From positions 558,001 to 622,000 of the forward strand of contig OY253686.1 in the NCBI GenBank assembly GCA_958009085.1: 64,000 nucleotides of DNA. Direction: 5' to 3'. Shown piece by piece: positions 37,858 through 50,745 of the stretch. A program made the position numbers and the translations under genes. The stretch is from Protoeuglena noctilucae (lineage: Eukaryota). Under the pieces are notes generated by a model, which made no database searches, had not been told where the DNA came from, and worked only from the letters and a program-made list of their open reading frames with translations. The stretch's first letter is position 1; every line of letters starts with the position of its first letter.

Positions 37858-40133
37858 CTAGCGCCCGCCACGTGCAGGAGCGCCCTGCCCTGCACCCTCT
37901 CCCGAAGCCTCCGCGCCGTCTGCTGCAGAACCCGTGAAGAACCGCAGAGCTGACCACAGCGTCTCCAGAACAGAGTCCCACAGGGCTCCGAGGAACCCAG
38001 CGGTGGCCCGCGTGTCGTGTTTCGGTGACCCCTCCGCCCGGCCTTCTCTCCACAACGATCCTCGCCTCCCCTGCACCACCCGCTCCCGGATCGTGCTGTG
38101 CAGCTCCCCGCTCAGCGTGGAGATGCCAGACGGCCCGCTTGCTGCCGCATCGTCCCCCGACCTCTCCTGCGACACCAGGCACTGAGCGCAGTTGCTTTGA
38201 CAAGCCATTGCGAACGAACAAGAGGTCGATTCTGCTCAAGCAAGTCTCGCGCTCTTTGCAAGTTCCACTGTCGACCCAGTATAGCATGCAGGCTCGTGTC
38301 ATGCCACGTTCATCCGCACGCTCGCCTTGTCCATGGGCCGCAGTTCGTGGTCCTCCGGCCGTCGCTGGTTCTGAAACCCGAGGCCCTTCTCGAACTTCCC
38401 CCGGAACAACCCCGCCGACGCCCGCTCCGTGTCCCTCTGCTCCGCCTGCACCTTGGCCAGCTCCGACGCCACTGCGCGGTCCTTGGGGTCCAGCGAAAGC
38501 GCCTTCTCCAAATCCTCCTTTGCACCCTGCAGGTGTTTTGTATTTATTTGTGAGTACAATTATCACGCAAATGAGGTCGGTGATCGCTTGAGACGTCGCC
38601 GTGGGCACGGTGAGACCCGACGGACGTGCAATGCTTTCTGAAGAAGATCCCCGCTTGATCCCGCGCACCTGCAGCTGGCCGAGGTGTCTCCGAGCAACTC
38701 CGCGTCGGAAGAATGCCTTGACGGACTTGATATCGTGCTTCAGGACCTCGGAAGCGTGGCTGATGGCGTCATTCCAGCCCTCCCGTGTCCCCACCGCCAG
38801 CCCACACGCAGCCAGGTTGAGGTGCACCGGGTTCCACACCGCCAGCGCTTGCTCGTAGTACTGCGGACGGTGAAAAAATCTGCCCCATTGGCGCCCTCAA
38901 CATCTCAACCCAGGTGGTTCAGCTGGTGTCGCAAGCAGAGAGGGACGGGGACCATCACGCAGTGATCAATAGCCCCGCTCAATTCCGCTCGACTCGCCTT
39001 GTCCGCCAGCTGCTGCACCTCGAGCATCAGGTCTTCCGTCACAAACATGAGGGCGCGACGATACATGTCCGCTGCCCTAGCATAGTCGCCCGCCTTGAAG
39101 AAGTCATTACCCGTCAATCGACGCTTCTGTGGATAGCAAAGTGCATGGTCATGAGTCTAGATTATTGACCCTCAGTAATGATACTGAGGGCCACCAGCTC
39201 ACCGCCCCGCCGCCCCTCACCTCCGCGGCCTTCAGCCTTTCCTCGAAAATCATGGACCCCGGCGACGCCTCCTCCTCGTCAAGCGTCTCGTAGTCGAGGA
39301 GCTCGACTTCGTAGTCCAAGTCAGCGCACGGGGGCACCGATGGGAACGAGAAGGACCCTTCCTCACCGTATGCGTACTGATGAGAGATGCGGAACCAGGA
39401 TCGCTCGCCCTTGCGCATGTGCTGCACCGCCAGAGCGAGGCCGCGGTCCCTGGGGGGGGCAGATGGGGGCTTGTGATGGGTGCTTGTGAGGTAGCTGGTG
39501 CGGGGGGGCGCGGCGAGGAGTGACGGGGCAACTCGGCCACTCACGTGGGCACTTCCGGGACACCGGCAGTGACTCGCTTCGGCTCCAGGCTCTCCTGACG
39601 CGTGTCCATGACCGGAGCGGAGGATGACGCGGCCTCCAACTCGCCTGCAATGTGCAAGAGATGTAAACGCGTATCACTGTCGTGCGAGCGCATGGTCTCG
39701 CTAGCTGGCTCGACGATTGCTATCGCACGTGCGAATGCAAGCTTCTCGCCTTCGCTGGCGGGCTCCTTTGGCACCAGGCGGGCGACGTAGTGGACTTGGC
39801 ACTGCGCACCACGCGGCGGGCACTCCCCCTGGCCCTCCTGGAGCACGGTTGTCCTGACGACGCCACCATCACCTGAATTAAAAGGTGAACTTGACAAACG
39901 TCAAACCCTTCGTGCTTTTACGCGCGCATTGACGGCCACAAACGCGTCAACCAATATGGGCGCAGTCCGGCTCAACCATGTTTGAGATGCCCGTTCTGAT
40001 GCCATGCATGCATCATAACGTCACCGATAGATTCGGGAAGCGAATAAAGCTTCCCTCCAGCCCTGCGACCGCGACGCTCCACACCTGTCACGTCATGCGG
40101 CGCGGGGGGCGATTGGCCCTCGGCAGAGGCCAT
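37858..40133 (-). CDS. FKBP42: FKBP-TPR immunophilin, FKBP42/TWISTED DWARF1-like
   Basis: HDVT|GDGGVVRTTVLQEG, QVHY, YAYGEEGSFSFPSVPPCADLDYEVELL, EERLKAAE|KRRLTGNDFFK, YYEQALAVWNPVHLNLAAC, VKAFFRRGVAR. The inferred last exon 38168-37858 carries an amphipathic helix GFLGALWDSVLETLWSALRFF. If that last intron is not spliced, the stop is at 38299. Confidence 0.85.
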
Positions 40134-40857
40134 GGCGGTCCCGATGCAACGCGCAGTCGCTTCAGGAGCGCCAGAAGAAGCCAGAACTCAGGCAGAGTGG
40201 CCGTCGCCGATGCTGTGCGCGAGGGGGCATGGAAGAGTCTGGTTGCAATGGAGTGCCTGGCCTCCCTGGTCGTCTGCTCGCTCAAGATGTCACCGGATCA
40301 TGCACAAAGGGTTGCTATGCGAATAAGCGCTCCCCGCATCAGCGGCAAAGCTTTCCTTCCCAGGCGACGCGAGCGAGCGGCTCATGCGTGTCACGACACG
40401 CCAGGGAGCGAGAGGGTGGACGTGATGGCAGCAGCATCTGCGCATACCGCGCAATACTTTGATCAATTTGGAGGCCGGGCGCGCACACGCGGGCCCCGCA
40501 CTTGCCTCCTTTGTATCGGTAGCCGGAATAATCTCGCGACACATGCCACGCCCTTCCCCCGGCATGCTGCGCGCGTAAGCCCGGTGTTCACCCGGCCCGG
40601 TCATACTAGACATCGAGGAGAACTGCGGGAGGCAGGCCGGCGATAGGACGGGGCCGAAGTCCAGGTCCGTCGCCCGCCCTTTCGTTTCAACTCGGCGAGC
40701 CTCTCCGCCGCGCTTGGTCTCGGGCTAGTTTGATCCCGTCCGCTGCATCTTTGTATACATACGTCATCGCTGGTCTTGCATTGCGTCAAGTAGTCGCATG
40801 GCCATCAAAGCGCTTCGGCATCCGTGTTTGCAGCGTGCGGAGGTCCCCGCGGCGGCC

Positions 40858-43800
40858 ATGTCGGACGCGGAGGACGCGGGCCTGGACGCCCCGATCGACG
40901 GAGATTTTGACAACGCGCGGGCGGACTACGGCGACCAGGATGAGCCGCAGCTGGGCGAGGACGGGGACGACAGCCCCGCCGGCAGCGACGACGACCCGGT
41001 GAGCGCGCGCGGCGCTTCCCCGGCCCCGGAAACCCGCAGCGGAATGAGTTTACGCTTACATTTTTGGGTTCTTGACTCGCAGGACGCCGGGGAGTCGGGA
41101 GACGGCGGCGAGAGGGGTGGCCAGGGGAGCGCAGGAGATGGGAATGCCGCAGCAGAGGAGGGCGACACGCAGTTTCGCGTGCAGTTGGCGGTGAAGGAAG
41201 ACGGCGCCGTGGGCGTGGGCATCCGCACGGTGGCGGAGGTGGAGGAGGAGGAGCGGCTGAGCGCGGAGTTGGCGGCCAAGCTCGCGTGGCTAGACGAGGT
41301 GTGGGGCATGGAGGATGAGGCGGAGGGTGACATCAACCAGGCCGCCGCGGCGTCGGATGACGAGAGGGCCACGAGGGTCGACCGAGGTGAGGCCTGGTGG
41401 GGAGCTTCCCTGTTGTGTAAGGCGGCTAGCTGACTCCCAAGCATGGTGTGTTGTGTGTGGGGGGTGGCTACCTTCAGAGCTACCCTCTGCACTGTGTGTA
41501 TAGCCAGCTACCCACCCCAGAGCCCTACATGCAAATAACCTACCCCACCCCCCGCCCCTCGCCCCTCCCGCAGGGCCCCAGCCGGGCGCGAGCACCTCCG
41601 GGCGCACGCTCCCCGCCGCCGGCGCTCCGCTGAGCAAGGTCCGCGCCCGCCACGAGGCCGCTGCCAAGTACGACCGTCAGCTGGCGCGCGGGCGCCTGTT
41701 GAAGAAACTGGAGGAGGTCCGAGAGAGGGAGGGGCGCATCCGGGCCACGAGGGACGAGATGGAGGCCAAGGAGGTGAGGGGGGAAGGGAGTGGATAAGGG
41801 GATTGAATATCATGTCTGTATGCTATCTTGGTGGTGTTAGCAGTGCGGAGATGGAGGCCACGGAGGTTAGTGATTGAGTGGAGGAGGGGGTAAGGGATTG
41901 AGCATGTTTACAGATAGATACATAGATATATGTAGATTGACTGAGTAAGGATATGAGTTGCGTTGACATGGGTGTCCAGAGTATCCGATATCTCTCCTCT
42001 CTCCGCAGCGCATGATGAAGGACCTGCAGAGCCAGGTTGAGGCCTTGGAGGCGGAGGCGGACCGGCAGGCGACGGTGCAGGGGTCCCGGGACGGCCCCGC
42101 CACGCAGACGAGGCGCGACCGGATGATGCGTGCGGTGGACGATGCGTATGACAAGCTCGACGAGGCCATGGGGAGGCTGCAGGTGGGAGTGGATGGGTGG
42201 TGGGGGGTGGTATTACACTTGCGATATGCTGGTGAGAGGTGAGGCTGTGACAGGATTTGTCATGAATCGATCGCATGCCATCCAGCCAGCCAGCATCGCT
42301 CCTCCCGACACTCATCCCCTCTCACGCCCCCTCTCCCCCCCCCGCAGCAACTGCAAGAGATCCACTACGGGGAAGTCCTGGCCCGCAACGAGGCGGAAGT
42401 GGAGCTGGCGGCGTTAGAAGCCGACGCAGCAGATATCAGTGCCGACGACCCCGGCGTCACACGGGGGGGCTTACCCACAGGCAGCGTGGGGGGTGGCACC
42501 CAGGGCGCTCCGAGTGTGGGGGACGGCGTGCGTGGTTCGCACAGCGCGGTGGAGCTGGAGCTGAGCCGGGCGGACGTGGCGGTGCGGGCGTTCCACACCC
42601 GGCGCGACCGGGCGATGGCGCTGAGGAGGGGCGCGGAGAGGGAGGCGGAGGAGCAACGGTGAGGAGAATGTGGGGTTTGGTAGTGAGTGAGTTAGTGAGG
42701 GTGGCATGCGGAGAGGGAGGCGGAGGAGCAGCGGTGAGGGGGATGGGGGTGGCAGTGGAGTTGGGTGTGTGGGTGGCACAGTGAGGGTAGCAGTCACCCT
42801 AGTACCCTCACCCTCACCCTCATAACCACGTTTGCTCCCTGCAGCAAGCGCGCCGTCAACGCTGCCTGCTCCATCCCCCCTTTTTAAACCGTGCATCATC
42901 TGACGTTACCCCCCATCCCATCCCATCCCCGCAGCAAGCGCGCCGTCAACGCCGCCCGCTCCGTGCTCTCTTCTTTGATCATACACTATCCCACCTCCCT
43001 TGATCCGCCCCCCGCCACAGCAAGCGCGCCGTCAACGCCGCCCGCGCCGGCCGCCTGAAGGCCATTTTGCGCATCCGCGAGAAGGTGGCGGAGTTGAACG
43101 AGCGTCAGCTGCCGATCAACGCTCTGAGGAACGAGCTGAAGGAGAAGCGCATCCAGGGGCTGGTCCGGCTCAAGAAGAGGTGAGTGGGGTTAATAAGTGA
43201 TGGTGGATGGAGTGATGAGTGTTGATTGATGAGTGGTGAGAATGGATTGATGAGCTGAAGGAGAAGCGCATCCAGGGCTGGTCAGGCTATGCATCTGCGT
43301 CAATGCAGTCGATGCGGTTGAGACTGCATCGCGAGTGACACAATGTAACTAACGCCGGTCACCACGTCGCCTCTCCCCTCGTCGCTCATCATCATCGCTT
43401 ATTGCTTCGTCACCAATCGCCCTCTCACCTTCACCACTCCCATCGCTCACCTCCCTCATCTCCCCGCAGCGTGGACCAGGCCTTCAGCGAGGTGCTCCGC
43501 CGCAACGAGATGCGGGAGAGGCGCCTGAGGGACCGGCTGCACCGGCAGAAGGAGGAGTTCGACGCCATGGCCGAGGGCGGGCTGAACCCTTACGAGGTGA
43601 GATGAGAGAGAGAGAGGTGGTGTGTGAATGGGAATGGTAATAGAGTGTTATTGCGGAGAGCGGGCTTAAACATAACCCATTACTAATAAATGCGTAAGCC
43701 CTCATCTGTCGATATGCTTTTCGCCCCCCCAGGTGTTCCGTCAGCGTGACATTGAGCAGAGGCTGGCTAGGAAGCAGAAGGCACTCGAGTCGAGGATCAA

Positions 43801-44899
43801 GAGGGCAGAGATGGTGCTGATGGAGCGAATGGTGAGGGGTGGTGGATGGTGATTGCAATGGATGGCCCTGAGGGAGAGCGTGGTGATCACCTAACACAGT
43901 AACACTATCCTGACTACAATACTACTTCGTAATATTGCTATGTTTCCCCCAGATCCGCGAGGACGAGATCTACAACCGCGAGACGGCTGCCAAGCGTGTC
44001 GAGGAGGAGTACAAGGAGAAGTTTCAGAAGGAGATGGGCAGGGAGGCCAAGGAGAGGAAGCTGAGGAAGTGGATGATGACGCACAACCGGACGGGTGAGA
44101 GAGGAGGTGGTGGTGGGGAAGGACAGGATGGGATGCAAAGCACAGCTGTTTACATGATCCTCTCTTTCACTTCACCCCTCGCCCTTCCCTCACCCTCTCA
44201 CCCCACCCTCACCCTCACCCTACCCCCCCCAGGCAAGGAGCTCTTGGACCCCACGGGCCGCGTCCCCGTGCACCCCTCGGAGGTTGCCATGGTCAAACCC
44301 AGCGGCTTCGGCCTGGGGGTGGCCGACGAGTACGCGCTGGAGCACGTTCGCAAGGCACACGGCCGGAACGTGCCACTGGTGGACGTGCTGCTGCCCCGGT
44401 CGTACCAGCAGCCCAAAGAGGCCGAGGAGGTCGCGGAGCTGCCGGACGACGCCGGGCCGGGCAGCCCGCGGAAACTGGCGGCGTCCGCGGCGGCGCTAGA
44501 ATCGACGTTCGGGGCGGCGGCGGCGGCGGCGGCCAAGGGCGCCAAGGGCGGGGATGCTTCGGAAAGTGACAGATTGGGACGGGATACCCTCGCGCAGCCC
44601 GAGTTCGCGCCGCTGTGGGTGGAGGAGGAGAGCCGGGAGACAAGGCGGCTGTATAAGCCCAAGCTGAGCCGGGCGGAGGTCATGAAACTGGAGGCGTTGA
44701 AGAGGCAGCACAAGGAGATGGTGCCGTCGGGGGGGAGGGCGCCGGGGGAGGTGAGGGGGTGGGCGGGGGGTTGGTGGGGTGGGAGGTGAGGGGGGCGACA
44801 CGGGTGCGGTGATGAGGTGAGGTGAGGTGGATGGCGTGGTGACGACGACCCAAGTGACGATCGTGATGGAGGGAACGGTTGCCATCTGCCTTCAGTATA

Positions 44900-44994
<95 letters not shown>

Positions 44995-47900
44995 CCAATC
45001 ACTCATCATCACTCCCATCACTCCCGTTCCCACTTACCAACCCAGGTGACGATCGTGATGAACCGGGAGTTCAAGGGCGCGGGCTTCTTGGTGACCCCCA
45101 AGGAGGTGGTCTTCCGCGACTTCGAGGTGGGCGAGACCTATCGCCAGAAGATCACTCTGACGAACGTCTTTTGGACCAAGAACACCTTTAAAGTCATGGA
45201 GATGCCGCCGGAGGTTCGAAACTTCTTTGACGTCGAGTACAGCTTCCCCGGATTGGTGTCTGCGGGCATCACCTGCGACGTCTACGTCAACTTCGAGCCG
45301 AAAAGGAACGAGGACATCGCGACGCACATCCCGATTATCACCCAAACGGGACCGGTCACCGTGCCCGTGCGATGCCTGCGCAAGCGCGCCACTTTGTCCC
45401 TGTCCGCTCCCATCGTCTATTTCCAGAAGATCACCATCGGAGAGGCGAAAGAGCAGCAGGCGCAGATCATCAACAACGGGGCATTGGCGGTGGATTTCAA
45501 ATGGGAGGTCGTGTCGATCGAATCGGCGCTCAAGGAGCCCCCGGCGGAGCAGGTGAGGGGGGGTGGGGGAGGGTTAGGTTGGGTGCATGTGGGTACGGGG
45601 GTTGTATGTATGTATGTATGTTTGTTTGTTTGTTTGTTTGCCTCACACCCCCCAAAGCGCCTGATGGAGCTCAAAGAGCCCATCATCCACCCCCTCTCAC
45701 CCCCACTCACCTTCACTCACCCCTCACCCCCTTCAGAAGAGCCTGATGGAGCTCAAAGAGCCCATCACTCACACCCTCTCACCTTCACTCACCCCCACTC
45801 ATTATCACCCTCACACCCCCTCTCACCAACATTCACCTCCACTCACCCCCCCAGAAGCGCCTGATGGAGCTCAAAGAGCGCGGCGCGGACGACTGGGCTT
45901 TAGAACGGCTCTTCAAGGAGAACATGAGCGCCGCTCGACTGAAAGAGCTTGGATTTTTACTGTCGGAATGGAAGGGGTCCGTCAAGCCCTACAGCCGCAC
46001 CTCCTTCAGCGTCAGCTTCCAGCCCCCCGGCATCGGCATTTGCACGGCCAAGCTCCGTGCTGCCTTCACGGTGCACGATGATGTCAAGGAATATATCCCC
46101 GAAGTGGAGTTGGAGCTGCGGGGCGACGCGGGGGACTTGCCGGTGGTGTGCGAGAGCCAAGTGATCGATTTGCAGTGTATGATACGGGGGCAGGCGTATA
46201 CCGTGCCATTGCGCATGGTCAATCGCAGCAGCGTGGCCATCAAGTGTTTCCTGCAGCGAAACCAGGTCATGCAGAAGTATCTGCAAGTGTACCCGGGGGT
46301 GGGGTACGTGCAAGCACACGACACGTTCGCCTTCAGCCTCAAGTTCAAGGCGAGTGGTTGTGGTGTGGGATTAACTATAAGATTGATATGATTGTTTCAC
46401 CATGTTATGTATATAGCATGATTGTTTCACCATGTTATGTATATAGCATGTCAGCCTCAAGTTCAAGGCGAGTTGGGTGGGGTGGCTGGGGTGTGTGGGA
46501 TGAGATGGAAGTACAATGATGCACTAAAGCTAGCTATATGATTATCCAGCGATGCATGAATTGTAACACTATCAGTGATGCATTCGCGGTCTCCCTGATC
46601 GACTCCCACCAACACCGTATCATTACTATGTTCCCCACCCACTACCCGCAGCCGACGTCGGAGATGCTGGACGAGATCAAGGGATTCGCCAAAGTGTCGC
46701 GTGACGGTGACGACGGTGACTTTGAGATCCCCATGCGCGTGGCGGTGCCGGACCAGGCGCTGCCGGCCACCTTCACGCTCAAGGGGAGCCTGGTGAGTGA
46801 ATGGATGATGAGAGAAGAAATAAGGTTGCTATAACTGTGATTGCTATGGCCACCTCCACGCTCAAGGGGAGCCTGGTGCGTGGGAGATGGGGGATGAGAG
46901 ATGAGACAAGGAGTAACAGTGATATAACTGTGAAGGGTATGGTTACCTTCAAGCTCACTGTTCTCTCGCTATCAACATCAATTATCATCATCGCTTACTC
47001 CCTCACCCCAGACCACCTCCGACATCCGCCTGGAGCCCACTTCGTTGGACTTTGGCGACTGCGCGCTGGGCGAGGCCACCGGCCTGCACCTGACGATGAC
47101 CAACCTGGCGCGGCTGCCCCAGAAATACGGATTCTGCAATCTGAGGAGGGGGCTGCAGGTGCAGCCCAACGACGGGTTCGGGACGCTGCTGCCGGGGCAG
47201 ACCGTGTCGTGCGTGGTGTCCTATACACCGGACATATCGGGTGAGTGATTAGGGGATTATTAATGTAGATATGTTAGATGTTGACGACGCTTGCCGTGTC
47301 GTGCGCGGTGTCCTATACACCGGACATATCGGGTGAGTTTATACAGTAGTTATAAACGGATCGATTCATAACAAACAGGCACTGTGTCGTGCGTGGTGTC
47401 GTACACGCCAGACATATCGGGTGAGACAGCGACTGGGGGAGGGTGGATATGAGTAACCATTACTCAACTTATACACTGTCTCTTGCCCCATTCCCCTCAC
47501 TCCTCACCTCTCACCCCCCCCAGGCACCCACCACTTCCCCTTGGACCTCCGCACCCTCACACCCCACCTCACCTCACACCCCCACTCAGCCCACCTCCCC
47601 GCTCACTCTCATATTTGAACCCCCCCCCCCCCCCCCCCAGGCACCCACCACTTCCCCTTAGACCTCCGCACCCTCCTGGGCCGTCACTTCGTCATCCCCT
47701 GTCGCGCCGTGGTGACTCCGTTACCCGTGCTATTCGACAAGAATAGAGTCACCATGCCCGTCACCGAAGTGGGGAGGAGCTCGCAGACATCCGTGAGATT
47801 GAGGAACCAGAGCGCCACGCACTGCTACACATTCCAGGCGAGTGTGTGGAAGAGTAGTTGTGGCTAGTATATGAATGGTTATGGAGTAGAGGTGAGGGTT

Positions 47901-50745
47901 ACAGCTGAGTACCACGCACTGCTACTCATCCCAGGCGAGGGCAGATGCAGGGGTTGTGTTGTTCTTGCTGTTGTGTAGGTTAAGAAGAGAGAGTATGCAA
48001 CTGCTACCTCACAGCCTCACCCTCACCCGCACCCCCACCCTCACCCCCACCCCTCACTTTCCCCCACCACAGTTCACCGTCCCGCTGTCTTCCCGCATCA
48101 AGGTCTCCCCCAATGTCGGCCGCCTGTCAGTCAACTCCACCATAAGAGTGGAGGTTTCCTACAGTCCTAAAGAAGAGGACTTTGGGGAGCTGGGGGAGGC
48201 GGGGATCATGAAACCTGGGGGGGAAATGAGGGGTGAGGGTGGGGGCGAGGGTGGGGATGGGGTTGGGATAGAAATGACTAAGGGGTTGGACTGTGTAGTA
48301 CTGCTGTGTTGAGTTGTTTTTAGACCAAACACATCACTGCACTGCAGCAAAGCACATCAAACACCACACCACACTCCACCCACACCCACCCCTGAACCCC
48401 TCCAGACGCCGGCAGCGAGGTGGCCCCCGGCACGGAGGACGCCCACCTGTGGGTGCAGCGGGGCGACTGGACGGTATCGTGCTTTCTGCGGGAGGAGGAG
48501 TACGTGCCCGAGGGACCCAGGCTGTCGATCAAGCCCAGCGCGGCACGGGAGATGGAGAGCTTGAAGCAGGACGCCAAGGACGCACCGGGGGTGGAGGTCA
48601 TGCCCATACACCTGCAGGTGAGGGTGGGGAGAGGGGTGGGATGGGGGTATGGGCATGCGCTTGCAGGTTAGGGGTGGGTGATGGTGGGGTGATGGTGCGG
48701 TAAGTGTCAAGGTCATGCCCAGTTACTCTCACAATTACTTCACTACTGCGGCAGCTCTTGCGCTTAGCCATTACCCTCACTGCCACCCCCACTGCCACCC
48801 TTACCCCCACCCCCACACATCCCCACCCCCTCCCCCATTCACCCCTCAGGTCGTCACGGCCGCCAAGCTCCCCGAGCTGGTCTTGGACGGCCCCGTGGAG
48901 TGGCGCCCCGAGATCGCCAGCTACCAAATGAACTTCGGGGAAGTGGCATTGGGACAACGAGTCCTCAAGAACCTCACCGTGTTCAACAACGGGCCGCGCA
49001 AGACGTTCCCAGTGTTATCGGCCCTCAATCACCGCGAGACATTCTCGGTGGTCAATCCAGCCCAGGAAATCGCCCCATTGACCGGGCACGGCCTGCTGGT
49101 GGCTTACTGCCCTGAGAAGGCGGGCAAGCACAGGGAGTTGCTGACGCTGTCCAGCAGGCACACGTCGGTGAAAGTGGCGCTGGTGGGGACGGGCATATCG
49201 CCGTCGTTCGAAGTCGACAAGGACCGGTGAGGGTGGCATGGTATGTGAGATAAGACTGTATGTGAGATGAGAGCTGTTGGTATATGTAGCAAACAAGGAC
49301 CGGTGAGGGATTGTGGGAAGTGGGTTGGGATTTATATGGTATGCGACTGAAGCCACACCTACGCCATCCATTCCACTACCGCTGCCCTCACCCTCCGCCC
49401 CTCGCAGCCCCACCACCCCTCACACCCCCTCACCACCCCACCCCTCACACCCCTTCACCCCTCACCCCACCCCTCACACCCCCTCACCACCCCCCAACCC
49501 CTCACCCCTTCCCCCCCCAGCCTGGACCTGGGCGATGTGTACCGCGGAGAGACCGCCACGGAGTCCTTCACCATCGAAAACACCTCTCCGTTCCCGCTCA
49601 AATACAAGCTGCAACTGAAGGAGGGCGCGCACACCAACATCGGCGGCACGCCCGTGTTTGTGGTGAAGCCCAGTGAGGGAACGATTCCCAGCGAGGGGGC
49701 GCAGGAGGTGGAGGTCACGTTCCTGCCGGACCATGAGTACCTGTACTTCGAGAACGTGCTGGTGAGGATGGGCGGAATGTGATGTGGTGTGATGTGCTGG
49801 TGAGGGTTTGAGTACCTGTACTTCGAGAACGTGCTGGTGAGTGGACTATGTGATGTGGTGAGGTGATGCAAGGGAGTTGACTATGAAGGGCCGTCGTGTG
49901 CGAGCGTGCTGATGAGAGAACGGTGCTGCGTGCATGTGACTAACATCGCATAACAGCCAACGTGCTCCTGTAGTCCACAAACAATCCTAACAACACTCAC
50001 CCACCTCTTCCCCCTCACTCGTCCCCCAGAGTGTGTTGGTTCCCAATCAGGAGGAGGACGTGACCGTGAGCCTGCAGGGGCGGTGCTGGGAGAAGGGCAT
50101 GTACATTATTGGGGGGGACCGAGTCACGGCGATCGAGGACCCGTTCAAGTCCAAGCAACTCGCCAAGGTGAGGGGGGGGTGGGGGTGCGGGTGGTGGTAA
50201 TCTCCAGCCCGCGATCAACCCCAGTGATATCACCCCTCACCCCTCATCTCACCACCTCACTTACCACAACCCCTCACCCCTCTCCCTCATCCCCCTCCTT
50301 GCAGTTCGAGGGCCTCAAGCCCGCCATCAACCTGACCCTCACCTTCCCGAACGAAGTCTTCCCGGGCGAAGTTTCCAAGGGGACGCTCGAAGTGGGCAAC
50401 TTGAACGCCCTAGCCGGCAAGGAGAAAGGGGACTTCCAAGTGGTCGAACTGAGCCACGCCAACAAGGAAGCGGGATGGTCCGTGTCGCCCGAAAAGGGCA
50501 CGGTCGACCCCGGCCGGCGCGTGCCCCTCACCTTCAGCTTCCGCTGCCCCGACGACCCCGGCCGGCTCAACCTGGCCTATCTGGACATGGGCGGGTGGAT
50601 CGAGGCGTCGATCGACGTGGTGTTGAAGGGAGGGTTCCCGGCACCTAAGGACGCGGGGGGTACGGTGTACCGCATCCGGGCCAGGTGCTACATCAAGCCG
50701 GCGAGGAAGAAGGCGGCCAAGAAGGGGCTCAGGTTCAAGGGGTGA
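40858..50745 (+). CDS. CFAP74: Cilia- and flagella-associated protein 74 (central pair), about 20 exons
   Basis: Coiled-coil N-terminus with GLNPYE|VFRQR, then the ASH-type domain PKEVVFRDFEVGETYRQKITLTNV...FPGLVSAGITCDVYVNFEPKRNEDI...QTGPVTVPVRC, LPQKYGF, VQPNDGFGTLLPG, and VTFLPDH. Confidence 0.88.
44904..44993. repeat. (TAA)30 microsatellite in a CFAP74 intron
   Basis: Perfect trinucleotide run. It produces the spurious poly-N/Y/I ORFs. Confidence 0.97.
46388..46450. repeat. 30-bp perfect tandem duplication in a CFAP74 intron
   Basis: ATGATTGTTTCACCATGTTATGTATATAGC occurs twice in tandem. Confidence 0.9.

Noticed and set aside
42842..43048. Three spaced copies of a 30-nt repeat (also 45652-45878 and 47202-47425) superficially like a CRISPR array
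   Set aside because: Eukaryotic gene, no cas genes. One copy is the true exon boundary and the spacers are low-complexity intron sequence. Reported as echoes instead.
42781..44230. (CCCTCA)n / (TGAGGG)n runs resembling telomeric repeats
   Set aside because: Short, degenerate and scattered through many introns as part of their low-complexity arms. No telomere array or chromosome-end context.
44198..45033. ORFs with poly-Tyr, poly-Ile or poly-Asn tracts
   Set aside because: Translations of the intronic (TAA)n microsatellite.
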